From Octopus sinensis (taxonomy: Eukaryota): a DNA stretch of 64,000 nucleotides. Shown in pieces: positions 13,615-26,384 of the stretch (positions within the stretch are counted from its first letter, which is position 1; each line of letters starts with the position of its first letter). Position numbers and translations under genes: made by a program. The stretch covers positions 39,556,001-39,620,000 of the forward strand of contig NC_043003.1 of the NCBI RefSeq assembly GCF_006345805.1, in the 5' to 3' direction. The notes under the pieces are model-generated. The model did not search any database and was not told the DNA's origin. It was given only the letters and a program-made list of their open reading frames with translations.

Positions 13615-13910
13615 TATACGTACATATATATATATATGCATTTGATTTTTTAATGTCTTTACCCCCATACTTTCGTGAGTTGAATTGAGCAAACACTATA
13701 AGAGAGAGATTTTCTTTAAGTATTAGAAATAGTTTTAAAAAAGTTTTTTTGGCTACTATTTCTAATGAGTTCAGTATGTGGCAAAGTAATTTATTTTACT
13801 AAGCCCTTTTATATAATGTAATAATTTGAATTCGCCTTAAATGGTCCCTTTGCATACTGAATACTTGGTGAAATTGATTAATAATTAATTAATTTTACCC
13901 TCAATTGTTG

Positions 13911-13948
<38 letters not shown>

Positions 13949-14976
13949 ACATATATATATATATACATACATATATATATATATACTTATACATACACAC
14001 ATAGATATATATGTACATACATATATATATGCATACATATATATCTCTCTCTATATAAACGGCAGTTTGTCTGTGTGTGTTTCTGTGTGTCTGTTTGGTT
14101 GTACCCTCACCCTGACCACGGCTTTCAACCGATTCTGATGAAACTTGACACACACATAGCCCAATGTCATAATTCAAAACTAACGCAGCGAAAATTTTGA
14201 AAAGTTCCCCCAGTTCTGAAAAAAATCGATAAATTCAACATGGGGTCGAGAATCAGAAACACAAACCACAGACTGTCTAGGGGACGCAACTCCACCTTTT
14301 TAACTCTCAAAAAAATTTACCATCATTTTTTTCCCATTTTTTTGCTATATTTTGGCTATAACTATCTAAAAATGCTTTATAGTTATTTCCCTTACAAACC
14401 CGAGCAATGCCGGGCGATACTGCTAGTACACATATATATACATACATATATATACACATATATACATACATACATACATACATATATATATACATACATA
14501 TATACATACATACATCCTACTCTCTCTCCAACCGGTTAGCTTCTACTTCCTCTACAGCAAGACACCTGTTTCTGTCTTTCTGTCTCATGATAACTTTTCA
14601 TAATCTGACTCAAGATCACCTCCTCCTATGCTGCCTACCCCTTGAAAGTTTTTTTAAAATTTTTTGTCTTGGAAGTACTTGGTGACCCTGTCCATACAGG
14701 TGCCACTTAAAAGCACCCAGTCTACACCGTAAAGTGGTTGGTGTTTGGAAATGCATCCAGCTGTAAAAACCTTGCCAAAACTGACCTCACCTGTGCTTGT
14801 ACCACATAAAAAGCACTAAGTCCACTCCGCTGAGTGGTTGGTGTTAGGAAGGGCATCCAGCTGTAAAAATCCTGCCAAACAATCACAGAAGTCTGGTGCA
14901 GTTATCTGCCTGGCTGGCTCTTGTGAAACCATACCACCCATGCTAGCATGGAAGGCAGACATTAAACGATGATGAT

Positions 14977-15024
<48 letters not shown>

Positions 15025-16466
15025 AAGAGAGAGAGATTTAGATAGATATATAGATATACAGATATAGATATATATATGTATATATATGTTTCCCAACAAA
15101 TCAAATTGAAAACTAAAAATTGCTTAGAAGAGGTTTAAAAGATAAAAAAATATATTTCACACACAAATAGACAAAAATAAGAATATATATATATATAAAA
15201 GTAAACATTCAAGACCAGCTGATAAAAATGTGAGATTCATATGTGAGCTACAATCACTTGGTGAAATTTGGTGAATTTGTAGGCAGGCTAAGGAAAATAT
15301 CAGAGCTTGGTGCAGTAGCTCTGTTATTTCATACTTACTTCTTCTGATAAGACAGTTTAGCATATTCACTGGAAAAAAAGTGTAGAGTTATACACAGCAA
15401 AGTGATATTGCTGACAGCAGTTGTAGCATTGCCTTAGAGTGGAGAGATGCTGTCTGCAGGGCTGGTAAGGGTTGGACCAAAATAATAATAATGGTGGTAG
15501 ATAGTTGTGCTAAGGAAATTTGGGAGTGAAAAAAAAAAGGGTTGAGGTGAGACAAAATGATGATCTTAATTACTGAAAGGCGAAAGAGAGAATGGGGAAA
15601 TGAGTGATGGTGTAGTGAGTGAGCAAGTGAGTGAGTAAGGTAAGAGGAATGAGTGAATAATGGAGGTATTTGGAAATGTGTTGGCATAAAGGTGATAGGA
15701 GCAATGGAGAGAAAGAGTGAGGAAGGGAGAGAGAGGGAGAGATAGTAAGAGACAGGCAGACAGTGAAGGAGTGTGTGAAGGGTAAAATTTGGTTTAATGA
15801 ATGAAAGGAAGATGAGAGAAGAGAGTGGGAGATGATGTGGTAAGTAAGGAGAAGTGAATGAATGAGAGACGGTGTGGTGATGGAAAGATGGAGTAAGAAT
15901 GGGTGAGACATGATGTGAGCAATGAAGACTGTAAGAGGTAGAGTGTAAGTAAGACAAAGAGACTTTGAGAGAATAGAGAAAATAGATACAACCAATGTTC
16001 CCTCTAGTCTTTTGCTATAAGTGTGTACATAAATTTACCTGTGTGCAATTTCTATATTTCTTTGCATAGTATGTACACATCCATGTGAGTAAGTATCATT
16101 CAAATGCCATATGAACCACCTAAGTAAATGTTACACCATTTTGAACAGCATACTATTTATAATTTTAGTATGAAATTAAATGATTAATTTCCTCAGATAA
16201 AAAAAATTGAATTATATCTTGAAGACCAAGTGTACATCATTTTTTCCTTCGTGCTCTTGTTGCCGAGTATTCACACATGCACTCATGCACAGCTTAGAAG
16301 AAACATTGTATATGAGTGTAAGTTTGAGTGAGAGATGAAACAGGAGTATTGGTAGTAAGAAAAAAAGAGATGAGGAAGTGTTATAATATGAAGAAAGCTT
16401 GTGAGCATAGGAAGGTGTTTAACAGAGAGAGTGGAGTAATAGTCAGGGTAATTTAGAAATAAAATA

Positions 16467-16513
<47 letters not shown>

Positions 16514-16697
16514 AAACAAACAACTGAGTAAAAGATGATCTGTATCTTCCAGTAAAATCTTCCCATTCTCTGTATCATCTGATCAAGATCAAGGATTAAG
16601 TTCATTATCAATGGAACAAGTGTAAGAGCCATTGATACTTACTAGATCACATTCGATACTCACCATATGCAGACCACAATCAGGGTTCGGACTAAAT

Positions 16698-16734
<37 letters not shown>

Positions 16735-19700
16735 CTGTCTGTGTGGATGCACACACATCCATGAGCTACATAGCAGTAGTGGGTCAATTCACAGTTGTTA
16801 CTACTGGCTCAGATGATACATCTGTTAGTACAGGATCACATGTAAGACTTGGATCAGATAATACAGCTGTTTGTCTTAAAAAAAACACAAAAGCAACAGG
16901 TTACAAATATATCATCTTGCTACAGAGGATCTAGATGTGTAAAGGAGATGAAACTAATTAATGAAACACTCAAAATCACATTTTATCTCACTCTACAAGT
17001 GTTCTAGCCAAAAACTAGACAAAAGTACCATCCTACCTGTCAAGTTGTGACATAATTATCTCTTGGGTTTGGTAAGCTGTTGTTCTAGCAGAGAAGTTCA
17101 TACAGTTTGGAATGTATCTGTAAAATGAAAGTTATAATTCAAGCGGATGTATGTATGTATGTGCTCGATAGCATGTCTACAGGATAAGTGTGACTACATA
17201 AATACACACACACACACATACATATATAAACACACATTTACACATGCACACACACACACACACGCATGCACACACACACATGCATGCACACACACACACA
17301 CACACATACAGACTCGATATTTTAACCTGCCATGAAATGTCCTGAAAAACAGACTGTTATTTTACTACACAATTACATATACAGGTGTGCATGTGTGTGT
17401 GTGTGTGTGTGTGTGTGCATATGTGCGTGTGTGTGTGTGTGGGAATGTGTTATATATATGTGTGATGGAAGATGTACACATATATTAGGTGTACATGAAT
17501 GGCTTTTGAGGGCCATACAAGCTATGTAGAAAGACGCAGTAACTAAAAAATGATTTTAGTGATAAATTTAGTGTGAAGGTAGGAGTTCATCAAAGTTCAG
17601 TCCTCCGTCCCTTTCTGTTCATCATAGTCCCACAAGCCATCACAGAAGAGTTGAAGACAGGCTGTCCATAGGAACTCCAAACGCTGTACCCAAAATAAGC
17701 TATGAACCCACAAGAGATGTAGTGGAATCACAGTCAGACTAACCAAGTAAGCAAGCTTCATATGTGATAGATGCACAGGAACAGTATGTACTATGAATAC
17801 ACTGAAATCATATTCTCTTAAATGCCCAGATGGCTCATTAGAAGTTGATAGTGTTTGTTACCTAGGTAACAAGAGGAAGTAGCTGCTCCAAAAAAATATA
17901 GTAGCCAGAGTAAGAATGAGTTGGGATAAGTTTAGGGTAACTACAACAGCTGTTGGCATCAAAGGTCTTTTTCTCTCTGAGTAAAGGGACAGATTGTATG
18001 ATGCTTATGTTAGAACTGTGATGCTACATTGTAGTGAGACATAGAGCTTGAATGCAGAAGACTTGAAAAAATTCTCTTGCTCTTTCCTCTTTTACTTGTT
18101 TCAGTCATTTGACTGTGGCCATGCTGGAGCAGTGCCTTTAGTCGAACAAATCGACCCCAGGACTCATTCTTTGTAAGCCTAGTACTTATTCTATCGTTCT
18201 CTTTTGCCGAACCGCTAAGTTACGGGGACATTAACACACCAGCATCGGTTGTCAAGTGATGTTGTGGAGACAAACACAGACACACACACACACATATATA
18301 TATATATACATATATATGACGGGCTTCTTTCAGTTTCCATCTACCAAATCCACTCACAAGGCTTTGGTTGGCCCGAGGCTATAGTAGAAGACACTTGCCC
18401 AAGATGCCACGCAGTGGGACTGAACCCGGAACAATGTGGTTTGTAAGCAAGCTACTTACCACACAGCCACTCCTACACCTCTTAAGGTAACCAAATGCCT
18501 CGTCATCTAATTAGTGATGTGCAGGCGGCTACCCGGTACTACTTTGTTGTGGTGAGAGAGCTTATACCCTTTGAGGGAGGAGCAGCTCGGTTTCATCCAG
18601 TCAGTCTCCCTTTGATTTGACCCCATGTCAGCCTTGTGCACCACTGGGGCTTCGCCTACTTGTCGTAGGTGGCACTGTCCCAACGTAATACACTGGCACC
18701 TGCTACAACCATCGTGCACACCCAGAGTGCACAACCTGCATCTGTCATCGGACTCTCAGTCGGTATCAGGCACCAAAGGGGCCATGCTTCCTGGGCGCGA
18801 AGTGAGGCGCAGGGCAAACCGAAATGGTAGGCACACGCAACCCACCACCTCTTCTCCCCTGGCCAGTTGAAGAAAAAATCCCTCCAGAAATGTGAGACTA
18901 ATGAAGAACAATGGGAAATCATGGTCATGAACAGGTCTGAATTGAGGCAAGCAATTCACAAGGGAACTGGACTTTATGAAAATGAAAAACAAGTCAGTCA
19001 AATGGAAAAGCATGCAACAATGAAGGTGAGAACTAACACAACAGATCATTTCATTGTGTGTCTAGTATGCAGCTGCCATTGTGCATTTGACTTTGGACTC
19101 ACATCATGCATGAAGGTGCACATAATAATATATTTTGAAAAGTATTAACTGAAGAAGTAATGGTGTTACTAGATCGAATAAGCCAGTGGCAAGTTTAAAT
19201 TCATAAACAAGCAGGAGTGGCTGTGTGGTAAGTAGCTTGCTTATCAACCACATGGTTCCGGGTTCAGTCCCATTGCGTGGTACTTTGAGTGAGTGTCTTC
19301 TACTATAGCTTCAGGCCAACCAAAGCCTTGTGAGTGGATTTGGCAGACGGAAACTGAAAGAAGCCCGTCAAATATATGTACATGTATATATGTATATGTG
19401 TGTGTGTTTGAGTGTCTGTATTTGTCCCACCAACATCGCTTCACAACCGATTCTGGTGTGTTTACGTCCCCATAACTTAGTGGTTCGGCAATAGAGACCG
19501 ATAGAATAAGTACTAGGCTTACAAAGAATAAGTCCTGGGGTCAATTTGCTCGACTAAAGATGGTTATCCAGCATGGCCACACTCAAATGACTGAAACAAG
19601 TAAAAGAGTAAGCCATTCCCTGTATTTTGTCATGGAGAAAATTTCTTGCTGTAGACAAATGGTGTAAATACACCTAAATCAGCTTGCAGTGCCACCTATC

Positions 19701-20095
19701 CAGACTGTGAGATGCAAGCATTTCAAAATGGTTATCTCCTCTTCAGTCACAGAGATTGAACAGTGGTGCTGCAAGCTGATAAGAGAGACAATCTCTCTTA
19801 TGTTAGTCTAGTCATGTATATCAGCTGGTACCACTAAGCAGCAGCTGACTGTAAGTAAATTACAAGACAGGAGTGCTAAGCAGTGATGTATATAAATGCT
19901 ATGTTACTACCAGTTCAAATATCAAACTGGAAATAACATTGCATTTATATACATCACTGCTTAGTGCTCCCACCTTATAACAGAAAAAGGCCATGCATAA
20001 AGGGATGTATTTCCTATAATACATAAAAGATCTGAAACATACATATTAAATGTTTTCAAAATATCATTATTAGGTTTAACTTCATTATTACAAAT

Positions 20096-20128
<33 letters not shown>

Positions 20129-20485
20129 TATATATAAATTTAAAATGAGGGTGAAAAATTGGATATTAATTTGATTAACATCAATTTAAAACCAGTGGTC
20201 TAGCATATTAAAATCTGAAGGTTCAGAAAATTGTATTATATACAAATGAGAGGGGTGACCACTATGTGGACAATCCTTATGCTAGAAGCAGACCCACTAT
20301 GGTTTTACCATGTAAGCAAGCAAGACAAATGAAAAGTAACAAAAATATATTTTTGTTACTTTTCATTTGTCTTGCTTGCTTACGTTCTGGTGTTTGCTAA
20401 ATTTTCTTGAGAACATTTCTTAGTGGTAAAACATAGCAGATCTACTTCTAGCATAAGGATTGTCCACATAGTGGTCATCCCTCTC

Positions 20486-20529
<44 letters not shown>

Positions 20530-20872
20530 TCATGTAAGACAAAGCTAAAAATAGAGAAAGATGGAGATGGAGGTTTAAATCTGCAAACAAAGAAAATATG
20601 AAACAAGCGCCTGTCCTTACATGTCCTTGGGTAGTCTTACCAAGTAGCCGTTGGTAATTGCAGACTTGCCAGTACCAGTGGGACCAACCAGTAATAGTGG
20701 TACCTCATGAGACAGGAATGTGTTGAGGAAAAACTGTTGAAATAATGTCTCAGTGGTTGGAATAATCAGTTCACTGACCTAAACAATAAAGTTAAACACT
20801 GTTTTACCATTGGAGAAGACTGTGAGGGGAGAAGGAAACATGTGAGGTGAGAGGAATGATGATGATGATGAA

Positions 20873-20903
<31 letters not shown>

Positions 20904-23900
20904 GTGATGGTGATGGTGGTGGTGGTGTTGGTGGTGGTTTGTCAAAGTATTGTCCTTAAAAGGTTAATACCAGTGTTTCTCATAGTATTGAGACTCTGAA
21001 GGTTGAAAAGAAAGCAGACAGTTCAACACCACAGTAAAAAAGATTTATATAGATGCAAACCCAATATACCTTCTCATTAATGATGAGGTTGGAGAGAAAG
21101 TTTTTTTAGATTTTTTCAGAATGGTGGGAAGTGGAATTTTTGTTTGAGAAACATTGGTTAAGACCACACCTCAACACAAGCCCTTAAATAGCCCTTCATT
21201 ACTAAATGGATCATTATTTTAACCAAACTAGGAAGGATAAACAGATGTAAACTTATTATAAAATATACAAAGAAAAGCAAAAACAATTTTTTAAATTTGA
21301 GGCTAAAAGAAAACGATTCTTAATTACCTTGGCATTTGAAGGGATTGACTGCACTCCTTTGTCTTGGGTATCCATCCAGCTTACCCAGTTACCAGAACCC
21401 TTTTTCTCAAAACAATATTCAAACACTGTTCCTCTTTCAGGGAATGCATTACTCTGTAAAAGATTACAAGAAATAGATCATAGGGTGTACAGTGGAGATA
21501 GCAAGAATGGAATCAATCAATTTCATAGAGGGGTTGCAAAATTCATCCCTATTATAAGAAAGTTCTTGTGGAATTTTAAATTTTGGTTTTAAATGATGCA
21601 TTTTCAAATTAATTTTTGTTAAATTACTTTGACTTTATATATGATTTTAAAGCTTGTTTTCATTCTATCTAATCGTGTTACTCTTTTTCTTTTTGAATAA
21701 TTAGGCCATTTTTTCTGGAACGTTGAATGGACAAAAAGCAAATTTGCACAATTTTCTTATTCCAGCTCAAGCTAGGCCGAAAAGCTGCTGAAACAGCTCA
21801 CGATATCAACAATGCATTTAGCCCAGGAACCACTAATGAATGTATAGCACAATGGTGGTTCAAGAAATTTTGTAGCAGTGACGAGAGTCTTGAAGATGAT
21901 AAGCATAGTGGTCAGCCATCGGATGTTGACAATGATCAACTAAGAGCCTTAGTCGAAGAAAATCCATGCACAACTGTTCGAGAGCTTGCTTCTGGATTAG
22001 ACGTAATGTATATGACAATTTCCAACCACTTGAAAGCGATTGGGAAAACGAATATTCATGAGAAATTGGTGCTTGAATTGAACGACAACCCCAAAAGATG
22101 CTGTTTTGAAGTGTCATCTTCCCTTTTATGCAACAAGAATAACCCGTTTCTCGACCGGACTATGACTTGCGATGAAAAGTGGATTCTTTTACGACAACTG
22201 GTGATGCTCAGCTCAGTGGTTGAACACCGATGAAGCTCCACGGCACTTCCCGAAGCCAAAGTTGCACCAAAAGAAGGTAATGGTGACTGTTTGGTGGTCT
22301 GTGGCCGGTATCATCCATCACGGCTTTTTCTTTTTTTTTATCCAGGCGAAACCATTACGGCAGAGAAGTACTGTCAGCAAATGGATGAAATGCATAAGAA
22401 ACTCCAACAAGAGCCAGCATTGGTCAATAAAAAAGGACCAATTCTTCTCCAAGACGACCCTCGGCCACATGTCGCACAACTGACCCTGCAGAAGTTGAAC
22501 GAATTGGGGTATGAAACTCTGCCTCATTCGCTATACTCACTCTTGCCTATACTCTTGCCTACCGACTACCACTTTTTCAAGCATCTTGACAACTTCATGC
22601 GTGAGAAATGCTTCAAAAACCAAGACGATGCCAATCACACCTTCAACGACTTCATTGCCACCAGAACGCAGGATTTTTACGCTACTGGCATAAATAAACT
22701 TGTTTCACGTTGGCAAAAATGTGTTGATTCTGATGGTGTTTATTTCGATTAATAAAGTTTCATTTGAGCCGAGATATGTGCATCTGAATTTAAAGGTTAA
22801 AAACTGCACAGTGAGAGCTAGCAGTGACCTTCACAAGGAAGTGTGCAGAGTGACATTGCAGTGTTTACTTTGCAAGTTGTGAAGTTTGTGTTTTCGTGAT
22901 CTCATGAGTGCTGTAATTTGTGGTTTTTGTCATGGACAGGAAGTTGGAACAAAGAGCCAATGTGAAATTTTACACTTAACTTGTGAAGTCTGGTATAGAA
23001 ACATTGAGTATGCTTTGGCAAACATGCAGAGATGAAGCAATGGGTCATATGGAACGTTTTGAGTGGCAGGAGCACTTCAAAAGGCATGACAGAGCCGCAA
23101 CTCAATCAAGAGCATGCTTGTCATTTTTTATAACATCCATAGTATTGTGCATTGAGAATTCATCCCCTAGGGCCAAATTGTCAATTGAAAGTTCTAGTCT
23201 GATGTTTTGAAGCCTTAGAGGGAGAATATTCGGTGAAAACAACTAGATCTGTGGAGTCCAAAGATTTAGATTCTTCACAATGGCAATACACCTTGTCGTT
23301 GAGCTTTCCTTACTTGTGAGTTTCTCACAAAAAACATGGTATTGCTTTGGCACCCACCCCATTATTTAATTAACAAAATTACAACCATAATAACATACAT
23401 ATATACAGTATAAAATTCAATACATTTAAGATAAGAATACAAATAGTTATTAAAAAAAACATTAATATAAATTGTTAGAATCATTAAAATCACTTACAGT
23501 TGTTTCAGCCTTTGGAAAAAGTATCTTTCTGTGCCTATACTTGTCAATTATATTGAGGTTATAGGCAGTTAAAAATGGGGTACTTATATATATCCATAGC
23601 CTACATTATATTAATTAGACTGCAGAAAACAACAGAAAACAGAATTACACAGAAGTATGCTGTTCCTTCATTTCAGGCATCAAAAAAATCAACTAACTGG
23701 GTAGAAGCACTGCAAAACAAAGGTGGCGAGCTGGCAGAACCGTTAGCACGCCGGGCGAAATGCGTAGCCGTATTTCGTCAGCCGTTACATTCTGAGTTCA
23801 AATTCCGCCGAGGTCGACTTTGCCTTTTATCCTTTCGGGGTCGATAAATTAAGTACCAGTTACACACTGGGGTCGATGTAATCGACTTAATTCGTTTGTC

Positions 23901-26347
23901 TGTCCTTGTTTGTCCCCTCTATGTTTAGCCACTTGTGGGTAATAAAGAAACATATATTAATTAGACTGTCATACTTACCTTGGTGATTTTACAACTTTTA
24001 GGTTTTGGATGCTTAGAATCTGTGCCACTTATAAGGGTCCTGAAGTACTCATCAAAGCTCTTACGAGATTCAGTGGATGTTATGCCTCCAATGGCCCACA
24101 CCGTACAAAAGAGGAACAGATTTTGGAGCCAGAGGAATATCTGAAAATATAACAGTGAGTTAGCAATAAAATGGCGATGGTCCTCCAAGATCATGAATTT
24201 TCATGATGTTTTCATTCATTCAGAAGGTCAACAGTTGTCCTGAACAAGGTTGGTCTCCAAGCAACAAGTGACCTTTCCCAAAGCATGGGAACCACTCATA
24301 AACTTGTGTTTTGCTCATGGCAGTGTCCTTGTAAGCTGTTTGAAGCACGGCAACTGTTTTGGCTGCCATTTTCCCCAGCAGAAAACAGAATTACACAGAA
24401 GTATGCTGTTCCTTCATTTCAGGCATCAAAAAAATCAACTAACAGAGTAGAAGCACTGCAAAACAAAGATGCACCATGTGGTAGTATGACCTTCTGGGAC
24501 AACACCCGCTGGTACACTGATGCATGTGGTGGTGGGGGGGGATCAAGTGGCTTCTAGCAGCAGAAGCCTCAACTACAACAGGCTTGTACCACAAAGACCT
24601 TTTCCAAGTTACTTCTGGGTACCCCATCATAAATGCTGTCAGCTTCATAGTCTACACATGCATGTCATGTGTTAAAATAATCAGAAATGAAAGTAATAAG
24701 GATATTGAAAGAGGAGTGAAAAGAAATAATAGAAGAGAAACGGAAAAAAGGAAGACAGAGAGAGAAGAAACCAGAAAATGATTGACAGGGAAAGGAGGGG
24801 ATGGAACTAGGTCACAGTTTTCTAGCTATAAGCCTTAGTCTATTGTTTCTGTTACTAGGTAGCTGTTACTAGGGTCTTACACCAACCATGCCATAGAGTG
24901 GTCTGAGTGCTTTTTACATGGCACCAGCACAGGTGAGGTCAGTTTTGGCATGGTTTTTTATAGCTGGACGCATCTTCCAAATGCCAACCATTTCACAGTG
25001 TGGACTGGCACCAGCACTGGCAGAGTCACGAAGTAACTTGCAAGACAAGGAATTTTGAGAGGGGCATTGGAGGAGGTAATCTTGTATCAGGTAATGAAAG
25101 GTCAGAGTGTAACAGAGAGACAGAAAGGCAGAAGCTGGTGTCCTGCTATAGAGAAGGTACATGGCTACCCAGCTAGAGAGAGAGAGAAACAGAGAAAGAG
25201 AGAGAGGAGGGAAAAGAGTGAGAGACAGAGAGCAGGAGAGAGGAAGAGAGAGAGAAAGGTAACAAGAAAGCAGTAGAAACAGGTGTGCTGATGTAAAGGA
25301 GATACTTGGTTACCTAGCGAGAGGGAAGAGTAAGAGAAGGAGAGAGAGTGTGTGAGACAGCAAAGTATAAGTGAGAGCAGGAGAGAGATGGTGGTGAAAT
25401 GTCAGGGTATACTTACAAAAAATGGAGATTGGATGTTTAAAATTAAAATAAAATAGTAAAAAGTAATGGGATTAGAAGTAAAGGAAATGAAACTGCAATA
25501 CAATAAGGTAAAATAAAATGTATATTTTCTCATTTTATATATATTTATATACAGGGCCAGCCTTCAGCCGATTGGACTCCTTGCTCCCAATCGGTCCTGC
25601 ACTCAAGAGGCCACATTCTATTCTGCAACATTTTATGAAGTCTTTTAAAATAATCTACATGGTCTTTCAAAAAAAAAAAACATACTTTTTACACTTTCTA
25701 CACAAGATATCAAAATATAAACCAATTCATCAAAAACTGCTTCGGTCAGCTGCTGAATTTGAAGAAATTTATTGTATTTTTAGTGTAAGGGTCAATATGT
25801 ATATTTGTATGTGAATGTTTGAGAGTGTTTATGGGGATGTTTGGGTAAAATATTTGTGTGACTTTGAGAGTATGTATGTGGGTTAATTGTATGTATATAT
25901 GTGTGCATATACTTGTATGTATCAGTTTCTATGAATATGTTTAATTTTGGGGAAACCTTTTTTTGATTTCAATAAGGTATATTTTATATATATATATATT
26001 TTATATATGTATATAAATTAGAGAAGAACCACCATGTAGCAATTCAACCATAATATAATAATGATAGAATTAAATCATACCATATAGAAAAAATTAAATA
26101 TACAATAAAACATATACCAATAATTAAGTAAAGTACAAAATAATAAATAAGTAGTATATAATTGGTAAAAAGATTACACGTGTTTCATGGTTATATTTTC
26201 AAACTGATAACAGTAAAATCAATTCAATTTAAATATAGTCCCTCTTCAGGTCCATGTATGTGTATAGATGTATATGTATATATGTATGTGTATAGATGTA
26301 TATGTATACATGCATATGTATAGATGTATATGTATATATGTATATAT

Positions 26348-26384
<37 letters not shown>

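Noticed and set aside
15388-15995. 189-aa and 141-aa ORFs
   Set aside because: Purine/pyrimidine-skewed low-complexity sequence with no recognisable motif
16634-16663. Two tandem strong donor motifs on the minus strand (GTGAGTATC, GTAAGTATC)
   Set aside because: The nearest plausible acceptor (16931) gives an early stop; nothing else supports use; chance is likely
19150-19185. CTGAAGA followed by a small stem as a hammerhead
   Set aside because: No GAAA directly after the stem, and no stem I or III
21727-22752. SETMAR-like host gene
   Set aside because: No SET domain, multiple frameshifts, intronic location
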